Part shown: in pieces, positions 8,500 to 15,510 of the stretch
Position numbering within the stretch: the first letter of the stretch is position 1
Layout: the number at the start of each line of letters is the position of its first letter
Assembly (NCBI GenBank): GCA_051382295.1
Contig: JBBCAW010000129.1
Coordinates: 1-25,582, forward strand
Origin: Bdellovibrionota bacterium FG-1
Lineage (GTDB): Bacteria; Bdellovibrionota; UBA1018
Reading direction: 5' to 3'
DNA length: 25,582 nucleotides
The notes under the pieces: model-generated
What the model was told of the DNA's origin: nothing
Databases searched by the model: none
Seen by the model: only the letters and a program-made list of their open reading frames with translations
Position numbers and translations under genes: made by a program

Positions 8500-9477
8500 T
8501 CAGCCATCCTGAATCTTGAAATACTTCTCGTAAGCGCCCTGGTTGAGGTCATCCAGTTCGCTCTTATGGAGCTTATGTTGTTCGGGGGCGCGCGGCGCTT
8601 CTTTGATCAGCTCTTTTACGACGTGAGCATTGATCTCATCCATCGAGGTCGGCTTCGTAAGCGTGATCTGGGCAAAAAGTTTGGGATCATAGACTTTGAT
8701 GTCTTTCAGGGTCGTTACCACGGCCTGCTTTTCGAGCTTGGCGATCTCGGGCGAAGCCTCCTTGGCTTTTTCCTCGGGTTTCTTGATGATCGTCGAAGAG
8801 CGTTGAATGCCTTGCAGCTCTTCTTGCGTCGTTTTGCGCAGTTCGATCGCGGCTACGACGGGTGCTGACGGGATATCGGCCGAGAAACCTTGCTTCACCT
8901 CGATCGGCTTAGCATTGATCACTTGATTCGACGTGACTTCGACTGTGCCCCGCATGATCGAGATCTCGGTGGCGCCATCCTTGCCATCATCGGCGATAAA
9001 AAAGTCCGTGCCTCGCACGCCCATGGTCGCGGTCTTGGTATGGATCCGCAAATGACTGCGCGGTCCGCCCTTTTCGACAATGCCGCGAATTTTGCCATAC
9101 GCGAGATCCATGCGGGTCTCGGTATTGGCGGCATCCCGCTTCCAGAAAATGCGCATCGCGGTTGCCGGCCCGACGTTGAGTTGGTCGCCGTTCTCGAACA
9201 CCACACGTGCTTTTGCGCCCGGTGCGGTTCGAACAATGTTGCCCTGTTCGACTTTGGCGCCAGCCGTGGCTGACTCCGCCAGGTAATACTCCCCTTCGTA
9301 AAGGACGTGGGTCCCCGCGCCAGTTTGGAGCTTCTTCGCGGGATGAGTAAACAACTTTACTTCACCCGCAACTTGCGTGAGCGTGCCGACTTGCTCCGAG
9401 GCTCCGGCGTTTCCCGTCAAAAATAGGACGCTCAACATCAAGATCGCGCGACCTTCACAAATCCGATTGTGTCTCAT
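8500..9477 (-). CDS. Secreted FecR-domain protein
   Basis: Signal peptide, then the FecR motifs VRTAPGAKARVVFENG, GKIRG, TKTATMGVRGTDF and GTVEV. The start is more likely 9477 or 9438 than 9561, which would overlap the next gene. Confidence 0.85.
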   Translation of the reverse strand: MRHNRICEGRAILMLSVLFLTGNAGASEQVGTLTQVAGEVKLFTHPAKKLQTGAGTHVLYEGEYYLAESATAGAKVEQGNIVRTAPGAKARVVFENGDQLNVGPATAMRIFWKRDAANTETRMDLAYGKIRGIVEKGGPRSHLRIHTKTATMGVRGTDFFIADDGKDGATEISIMRGTVEVTSNQVINAKPIEVKQGFSADIPSAPVVAAIELRKTTQEELQGIQRSSTIIKKPEEKAKEASPEIAKLEKQAVVTTLKDIKVYDPKLFAQITLTKPTSMDEINAHVVKELIKEAPRAPEQHKLHKSELDDLNQGAYEKYFKIQDG

Positions 9478-9518
9478 GTGGAATAGACTAAAATGAAAAA
9501 CAAAGGAAATCCACAAAG

Positions 9519-10259
9519 ATGAAATCTCTCCTAGGTAATGTCCGAGTTGCTGCCGCGTCACTGGTTTTGCTCTCCTTTTCAGGCGGAATGGCTCACGCGG
9601 CCCAAGGCAACGACTTTGACTACCCGGAGCTTTTGGTTACTCCACGCGCCAGCGAGCGGTTGACGACGGAAGCGGCTAACGAGTCGTCAAATCGGTGGAC
9701 GAATTTATTGCCGATCCAAGTTTCAGCGCTTTCGACGTTGGTCGCGGGTGTGGCTCAGTTGGGCAGTCCCGATCCCGTGAAAGATCCCACCGGCAAGACG
9801 GGAGTGACCGGATTGGCGGTTGGGGGCGCCTGGCTGGCGACCACGTTGGCGCTCGAAGTTTTTTATCAGCCCTACAGTTCGGCAGCACGTGAAATTTCCG
9901 CTTATCCGCTTAAAACTCCGCGCCAACAACTGATGCGCGAACGTTATGCCGAAGAGGTGATCCATGCCCAGGCGCGGTTGGCCAGCCGGCTCAAGTGGCT
10001 TTCCGTACTCACTCAATTGGGCACCAACGTCTATCTGCTCTCGCAGGCTATGAGCGGCAGCTTTTCTCAAGTCGTTGACGGTGTGGCGGCAGGATTGGCG
10101 GTAGCGCCCTTGATTTTCGGTTCGCATTGGCAGGACGTCGCCAATGAGCAAGATAGCTATAAAAAACGGATCTACGCCCCACTCGCTTCGGCCACGATCT
10201 TCCGCGAACCCGGCACCGGGAATATCGCTCCGGGCGCGGTCCTCATGATGTCATTTTGA
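9519..10259 (+). CDS. Hypothetical exported/membrane protein
   Basis: SD AAAGGA, signal peptide (AHA-A), several Gly/Ala-rich hydrophobic segments and a C-terminal Phe. Confidence 0.8.
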   Translation: MKSLLGNVRVAAASLVLLSFSGGMAHAAQGNDFDYPELLVTPRASERLTTEAANESSNRWTNLLPIQVSALSTLVAGVAQLGSPDPVKDPTGKTGVTGLAVGGAWLATTLALEVFYQPYSSAAREISAYPLKTPRQQLMRERYAEEVIHAQARLASRLKWLSVLTQLGTNVYLLSQAMSGSFSQVVDGVAAGLAVAPLIFGSHWQDVANEQDSYKKRIYAPLASATIFREPGTGNIAPGAVLMMSF

Positions 10260-11090
10260 CGGTGGAGTCGGAACATCCTCTTTGGCGAGCCCCATCTGGA
10301 GAGCGAACGCGAGTGCCGCATGGTTCGCCAGGTCCAGACCTTTTTTGCTGATGGCGTATCTGTAAGCGGAGATAAAGTTGTCGGCCGAGTCCGGGCCGGC
10401 CGTGACCAGCTTGTTCGCGATCTCGATGGCTTTGGAGGTCGGTAAGCCGGGACCTTTTTCGGACACTGCGAATTCGAAGGCCTGAATATAAGGTACCGAG
10501 ATGCCGCCGTTCCACTTTTGGCCCTGCTTGGCCAGGTGGGCGGCAAAAGCGCCGCATTGAGGCTTAGGCAACCCCAGCTTGCCCGAGTCAGAGCAAAAAT
10601 CCAGGAGCTTTTCGAAATCGTGGAGCACGGCCACGGTGTCACCGTCAAATTCACCAGTGAGTTCCTCGGCCATTTTCATGGACGCTCTGAGATCGAGGTC
10701 CATGGCGTCCTCGGCGAATGCCTGGCGAAAGACTGAAGTGAAGGTCTCGGTTTCCTGATCGGTCCGCTTGGCGAATTCAAGTCCCTTATGAACTGCGTCG
10801 CGTGGCCCCAGTCCGGCTCGACTCAAAAGATGCGATACGCGGATAAAACGCCGGGCCGCCCCATTGCAACCTTTCGAAGCCTCGAGTGCCGTTTTTTGAG
10901 CGTCCAGCTCGGGCATGGCGACCTCTTGGCGGTCGCGAAGATACTCAAGCGTTGTAATGTATTCGCGAGTGCTCGTGCAGGAAGGTACGGGAGACGGCAC
11001 TGGAGGCGCCGCGGAGGCGACTTCCGACGCGACCAACAAAATAATGACACCATTCAACCATTGGATCCCAGGATTTTTCATGAAGTTCAC
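10251..11090 (-). CDS. Hypothetical secreted alpha-helical repeat protein
   Basis: Signal peptide (ASA-A), Pro-rich linker, and ~35-aa repeats of type F/Y...F..A.S..GL.L....A...A..L. The start is 11090 (GTG) or 11081 (ATG). Confidence 0.8.
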   Translation of the reverse strand: MNFMKNPGIQWLNGVIILLVASEVASAAPPVPSPVPSCTSTREYITTLEYLRDRQEVAMPELDAQKTALEASKGCNGAARRFIRVSHLLSRAGLGPRDAVHKGLEFAKRTDQETETFTSVFRQAFAEDAMDLDLRASMKMAEELTGEFDGDTVAVLHDFEKLLDFCSDSGKLGLPKPQCGAFAAHLAKQGQKWNGGISVPYIQAFEFAVSEKGPGLPTSKAIEIANKLVTAGPDSADNFISAYRYAISKKGLDLANHAALAFALQMGLAKEDVPTPPSK

Positions 11091-11128
11091 GATGGTCTAT
11101 CGGTCTGGATTCTGTAAAACTTGATACC

Positions 11129-12070
11129 ATGGTACCACAAAGCACCGACTTCACCGATGTCATCATTAAGACCCTGATCGTTTTGTCGGGTTTTTGCGCG
11201 CTCCTCATCGTTGCATCTTTTCTGCGGGGCCGAAGCGAACGCGCTTCTCTTCAAACCGCGCGGGCCCGCATCACTGAGATCAAGAACGAAACGGTCTCCG
11301 CGAAAAATGAAAAAGGAGCCATGCAGGAGTTTGGGCCATTCGAAGTCGCTTACGTCACCTATGTCGATGCACAAAGCACGAGCCACGTCACCCGACTCCA
11401 ACAGATTGCTCCGCTGGACCGGGCAGGGCTCAGTGTCGGAAAAGAGTTGCTGATTTCCTATGACCCAAAATTTCCAGGACAAGTCAAAAGAGTTGAGTTT
11501 TTAGACAATCACGGTGTTGAGGTCTTCCTGTCGGTCATGATGGGCCTATTTTTGCTCAGCGCGCAGATCATCCGAGTGGTTTCCACCGGAGATTCCTTAG
11601 CTGCCTCAATGCCTGCCGCCTCAAGCGCGGATCGGAGCTTTGAGATCAAGATGTGCGGTACGCTGGTGTTCTTTGGAGTCTTGCTCGTGGGCTACGCTGT
11701 AAGAAGTTTGGTGTACCAGGCCATCCCGGGCAATCACGGTAGTGCGCGCGCTCAAGTCATCGGCTTTGAAACCGCCCCAGTTTACCACAAAAGTGCTTAT
11801 TTCGACGCCCTTTACCCGGTGCTTCGGTATCAGGTCGAAAATGGATCCCCGCTCACCGTGCGCTCGCAGAGCCGTCTCAATTTTTCGCGCGATTGGATCG
11901 GCGCCGAGTACCCAGTCAGCTATTCCACAAAAGATCCTTCGATCGCCAGGCCCGAGAGCTCGAACGGTTTTACGGGGGGCGCGCTCTTCCTGCTTTTCGT
12001 CGGGTTGATCCCGCTGGCTTTTGGCGCTAGCTGGTTACTCGGTCTTGTAAAAACGGGCCCCTCAGTTTAG
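11129..12070 (+). CDS. Membrane protein with two DUF3592-like modules
   Basis: Two TM-beta-TM units, each with A.A.I/V...V.Y...VG..L.I.YDP..P (LSVGKELLISYDPKFP and IGAEYPVSYSTKDPSIAR). Confidence 0.75.
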   Translation: MVPQSTDFTDVIIKTLIVLSGFCALLIVASFLRGRSERASLQTARARITEIKNETVSAKNEKGAMQEFGPFEVAYVTYVDAQSTSHVTRLQQIAPLDRAGLSVGKELLISYDPKFPGQVKRVEFLDNHGVEVFLSVMMGLFLLSAQIIRVVSTGDSLAASMPAASSADRSFEIKMCGTLVFFGVLLVGYAVRSLVYQAIPGNHGSARAQVIGFETAPVYHKSAYFDALYPVLRYQVENGSPLTVRSQSRLNFSRDWIGAEYPVSYSTKDPSIARPESSNGFTGGALFLLFVGLIPLAFGASWLLGLVKTGPSV

Positions 12071-12072
12071 GA

Positions 12073-12837
12073 CTATTTATTCCCGATCGGTCCAGGAAAC
12101 TTCCTCAAATCTGGCAAAGCGTACCCTAAGCGCTGGTCACCGTCCTCAGCTTCCCAGAAGCCGTTCTCACTTTTCTCGACCAAAGTCCAGCCTTGGCTTG
12201 AATGGTGGTACCTCGAAAAGGTCGTTATAAACCCTTCTTTTGATGCATCTTTGGAATCGGCAGGGCGACAACTCACCTCCAGAATATCCTTATCTTTTCC
12301 GTTCTTGCTGGAAGCGAAATTCCAGGCCGTTTTAAGGCTTCTCATCAGCGAAATGGGGCTCTCTTTGTGGGTTGCCAGATCGCGGGCCTTCGCCCATGTT
12401 ATGGCTTGAGAAGTAACCTCCAGGATCTGCGTGATCGGACCGTTATAGGAACCCATTCCGATGGCAAAGTCCTGTGTAAGAAAATAGTATCGTCGACCTT
12501 TTTCCCCAATGGTCACGGCCTCAAGGTTCGCATAGGGTTTATCCAGCGTGATAGACTGGACTACATTAGCACTACCGGATTTCAGTTGAACGACGGCCAT
12601 TCTGAGCGGATGTGTTTTGAAGCGTGGAGCCCTTTCCGGATTGGAATCAGGGTCATGCTCCTTCATCATTTTTATATCCGCACCTCTCAGTCTGCTATCT
12701 CGCAAAATTTCCAACCTTCCGTCGAAACCATCAAGTTCTTTACTGAGAGGGAGGTTCTGATGAATCACAAAATTAGGATTGGCCGCGTTTGTCGTGGAAG
12801 CCAGAAAAAAACTCAAACTCAGAATAAAGCGCCTCAT
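12073..12837 (-). CDS. Hypothetical secreted protein; candidate immunity/inhibitor partner
   Basis: 254 aa with a Sec signal (MRRFILSLSFFLASTTNA-A) and a beta-rich body. Its start overlaps the upstream stop (ATGA at 12834-12837). Confidence 0.8.
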   Translation of the reverse strand: MRRFILSLSFFLASTTNAANPNFVIHQNLPLSKELDGFDGRLEILRDSRLRGADIKMMKEHDPDSNPERAPRFKTHPLRMAVVQLKSGSANVVQSITLDKPYANLEAVTIGEKGRRYYFLTQDFAIGMGSYNGPITQILEVTSQAITWAKARDLATHKESPISLMRSLKTAWNFASSKNGKDKDILEVSCRPADSKDASKEGFITTFSRYHHSSQGWTLVEKSENGFWEAEDGDQRLGYALPDLRKFPGPIGNK

Positions 12838-13502
12838 CCCATAGCTCCCAAGTTATTTTCTACGGTGTTGTCAGGGCGAGTTTTTAAATAGATGGATCCA
12901 GATCTGGAGTAAGAGATGACAGCGTCAATTTGCTTGCATCGAGTCAGCTGAATCGCTCGATTCTTCGATAGCCAACCCATGCCAGCGACATAGTAGCTGA
13001 TGATTGTTCCGTTATCGTCTTTTCGGACTGCTGATATTTTTTTCTTGTTTGGGTTTTTTGTGATCTTTCCCGGCTTGAATTTTCCTTCGACACGTTCGAT
13101 AGCGTTCACTAACTCTTCGAGTTCCCTTCTGCTTAGGTCCTTTATTTTTCGTTTCAGGTCTAATCCAGAGAATTCACCGACAAGCTTTCGATATCGCTTT
13201 ACGTCATTATGGTCTTTGCTAGGCGCATAGTGGGGAATAGCATCCCAAATTGTCTGATTTTTATAGTCCTGTCCCTGAAGTAAGGAAAATATGGCTGTCC
13301 TTCCCGTGTCGTAATCTGGAAACACCGCAAATCCACCCGCTTTGCCGATCGCCCCGTGTCGATTGGCCCAAGCGCCGCCTTCGATGTTTCCCGGATTTTG
13401 ATTTCTCCAGGTCCAGTTACCTCCCTGCCGAGTGATGCTTGAGCCGTCCTCGTTCCAGTAGGTGACGCTACTCTTTCCAGTTTGTTTTGCCTTTGTAAAC
13501 AT
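12834..13502 (-). CDS. Lysozyme-like 'RNxNPGNI' domain fused to a C-terminal DUF3892-like domain
   Basis: Motifs WRNQNPGNI, GFAVFPD..TG, TI..AI..YAP...ND...Y and AIERVEG. The C-terminus (ISAVRKD..G.I..Y...YLKTRPDNTVENNL) matches the DUF3892 pattern. No signal peptide. Confidence 0.75.
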   Translation of the reverse strand: MFTKAKQTGKSSVTYWNEDGSSITRQGGNWTWRNQNPGNIEGGAWANRHGAIGKAGGFAVFPDYDTGRTAIFSLLQGQDYKNQTIWDAIPHYAPSKDHNDVKRYRKLVGEFSGLDLKRKIKDLSRRELEELVNAIERVEGKFKPGKITKNPNKKKISAVRKDDNGTIISYYVAGMGWLSKNRAIQLTRCKQIDAVISYSRSGSIYLKTRPDNTVENNLGAMG

Positions 13503-13523
13503 TGGGTACCTGGTCTAGCGCGG

Positions 13524-13685
13524 CTACGCGGCCGATTCCTCGTTCACATCCCATGCGGGGAATAAAAGAACAGCGGGATGAAGACTCATACTCCTTGCGA
13601 GCATCTTTGCTCTTTCGACTCCCAGGGCAACTCGGTTGCACTCGATGTTCTTCTCAGCTTTTCTACTTTCGGACACCAACCACAT
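13524..13685 (-). pseudogene. Collapsed type II toxin-antitoxin locus: RelE/YafQ-like toxin N-terminus fused in frame to an XRE/HigA-like antitoxin C-terminus
   Basis: Hand translation gives a 53-aa ORF that is absent from the ORF track: MWLVSESRKAEK-NIECNRVALGVERAKMLARSMSLHPAVLLFPAWDVNEESAA*. Confidence 0.72.
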
Positions 13686-13720
13686 ACTAAATATGTATTA
13701 TACTACATATGGTATGTCAA
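13682..13720 (-). promoter_or_regulatory. Palindromic operator overlapping sigma70-like hexamers of the TA remnant
   Basis: Nested inverted repeats ACATAC(13682-13687)/GTATGT(13712-13717) and ATATGTA(13691-13697)/TACATAT(13704-13710). Minus-strand TTGACA at 13720-13715 and TATAAT at 13702-13697, with a non-canonical 12-nt spacing. Confidence 0.6.
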
Positions 13721-13893
13721 TGGTTAGGCGTTCTCGACTGGGTTCGACGAACCAGCCACCAGAAACCATGTCAAATAGAAACCAGCTTTTTTTTGGATAA
13801 AATGCGGTATTTAAAAGCTGCATCCGTCGAGTGTTTGGACACCCATCCAGACCATGTGAGGGATTTACTTCAATGATTTCGTGATCATTGTTG

Positions 13894-13909
13894 TGGCATT
13901 TTCATTGCA
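13894..13909 (+). promoter_or_regulatory. Sigma-54 (RpoN) -24/-12 promoter
   Basis: TGGCAT-TTTCA-TTGCA with exact GG-N10-GC spacing. The predicted +1 is ~13920, next to the ATG at 13921. Confidence 0.72.
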
Positions 13910-13920
13910 AACTGAGGGGC

Positions 13921-14799
13921 ATGATCAATAAACAGGTTTTATTTATTACCCTTTCTTTCATGGCTCTCCATGTGGCGACGGTTGTCCAAGCGCAACAATA
14001 CGTATCCAAGCCTAGCCCCATCAACAAGGGAGGCATCATCTACAAGATTGCGGTATCCCATATTGAAATGCAGAGCCAGGCCGTCGACACCTCGGCAACT
14101 TGTGAGGTAGACGTTTTTTATGCAGAAGAGACATGTCATGATGGATGTCGTCCGACCGGCAAATGGCTTTTCCGCCACACGGATCACAGGCCGTTTGGGT
14201 ATCCTGGTTCGGATTGTGATCATGGTGACGGATATGTTTATTACATTTATAATGGCAACATCAAATACGTTGTAAAAAACACCATACCGGGAACTCACAA
14301 GATCAATCACTTCGTCGGAGCCTCTCCGGTTTCCCCAAAGGGTTTAGCCAAGGCCTGTGCCGATGATCAATCGCAGGTGGCCCGCTCCATTCTTTCTGAT
14401 GGTGAGGCTGGTCAAAAACTTGGAGAACTGCTCAAAATCAAGTCCGTGGACGTCGCCCTCACCGACAATACCGCGAAGCTCAGCAAGGACGAAAGTCTCA
14501 AGTACGGTCCGGAGTTTTTGCCCAATGGCAGGCTCCTGCTCAAAAGCGTGCTGAACTCGGCGGGTGAATGCAAAAAAATCGAGAAGAGCATGCTACTCGA
14601 TGAACTCGCGCAGCGGGCCTCAAGCGAATATCCCAAACTGGTACAAAGTATCATGGCGTCCGCGCTTACCAACAAGTCGAACAACGGCCGCAATCCCTCT
14701 ACTGTTGAAAAGCAGGATATGAAACCTGTCATGGATTACATCTTTATCGGTTCGGCAGGCGTTCAGACCGATACTGCGGGGTCTGCTCAACTCAAGTAG
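13921..14799 (+). CDS. Hypothetical secreted protein (six Cys, low-complexity tail)
   Basis: The ATG at 13921 gives a clean signal peptide (MINKQVLFITLSFMALHVATVVQA-Q). No recognisable domain. Confidence 0.78.
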   Translation: MINKQVLFITLSFMALHVATVVQAQQYVSKPSPINKGGIIYKIAVSHIEMQSQAVDTSATCEVDVFYAEETCHDGCRPTGKWLFRHTDHRPFGYPGSDCDHGDGYVYYIYNGNIKYVVKNTIPGTHKINHFVGASPVSPKGLAKACADDQSQVARSILSDGEAGQKLGELLKIKSVDVALTDNTAKLSKDESLKYGPEFLPNGRLLLKSVLNSAGECKKIEKSMLLDELAQRASSEYPKLVQSIMASALTNKSNNGRNPSTVEKQDMKPVMDYIFIGSAGVQTDTAGSAQLK

Positions 14800-14823
14800 C
14801 GGTAAACTTCCCTAGGTAGCATA

Positions 14824-15495
14824 ATGGAATTCAAGATCCTTCAAGCTAATCGCGTCATTTGCCGTAAGTGTCGGAGGGCCGTGAAAGCCTGCGATTGCTC
14901 GCACATTAAGCCTTTTGCTTCGGGTCCACGTTTTGTGATCTTGATTCACCCCAAAGAAAATCGAAAACGCGTGGGGACGGGACGGCTCACGCATCTTTGT
15001 ATCACTAACTCCGTGCTCGTCGAGGGGGTGGATTTCAGTACTGACCCGGTCGTGCAGCAAATTGTGCAAGACTCTGCGAACTGGCCGGTGGTTTTATATC
15101 CAGGTCCGCAGGCTATGGATTTGACTGAAAATGCGGGTGGCCAACTCGAAGCGTTGGTTCCAGCTGGGAAAAATCTCGTGATTTTCATTCTGGATGGGAC
15201 CTGGTTTTGCGCGCAAAAAATGTTAAAAGTCAGTACCAATTTGCGGCAGCTTCCTCAAATTATGTTCACGCCGCCCCATCCATCGATTTACCAGTTTCGG
15301 CGGCAACCTCACGCACTGTGTTTTTCAAGCATCGAAGCCGTTCATGTTATGATTGAGCGACTCAACGAATCCCCGCGCTGGCGCAGTGCGCCCGGACATG
15401 ATAGTCTTCTCGAAATGTTTCAGCGCTTGATTGATCGTCAGCTTTCACATGTGAAGCATTTTCAGCAGCGGGCGGTTCGTGGTAAGCGGGGTTAA
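14824..15495 (+). CDS. DTW-domain tRNA-uridine aminocarboxypropyltransferase (TapT/DTWD2-like)
   Basis: N-terminal CxxC...CxC, LIHPKE, TGRL, VLYPG, ILDGTW, Y.FRRQP and SSIEA. Confidence 0.9.
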   Translation: MEFKILQANRVICRKCRRAVKACDCSHIKPFASGPRFVILIHPKENRKRVGTGRLTHLCITNSVLVEGVDFSTDPVVQQIVQDSANWPVVLYPGPQAMDLTENAGGQLEALVPAGKNLVIFILDGTWFCAQKMLKVSTNLRQLPQIMFTPPHPSIYQFRRQPHALCFSSIEAVHVMIERLNESPRWRSAPGHDSLLEMFQRLIDRQLSHVKHFQQRAVRGKRG

Positions 15496-15510
15496 GTAGG
15501 GGGCTCCCCG

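Noticed and set aside
13502..13690. Plus-strand 62-aa ORF from the track
   Set aside because: It is the shadow of the minus-strand TA chimera, which carries recognisable family motifs.
1942..15495. trmO and the DTW gene as a tRNA-modification cluster
   Set aside because: They are about 12 kb apart, on opposite strands, with unrelated genes between them.
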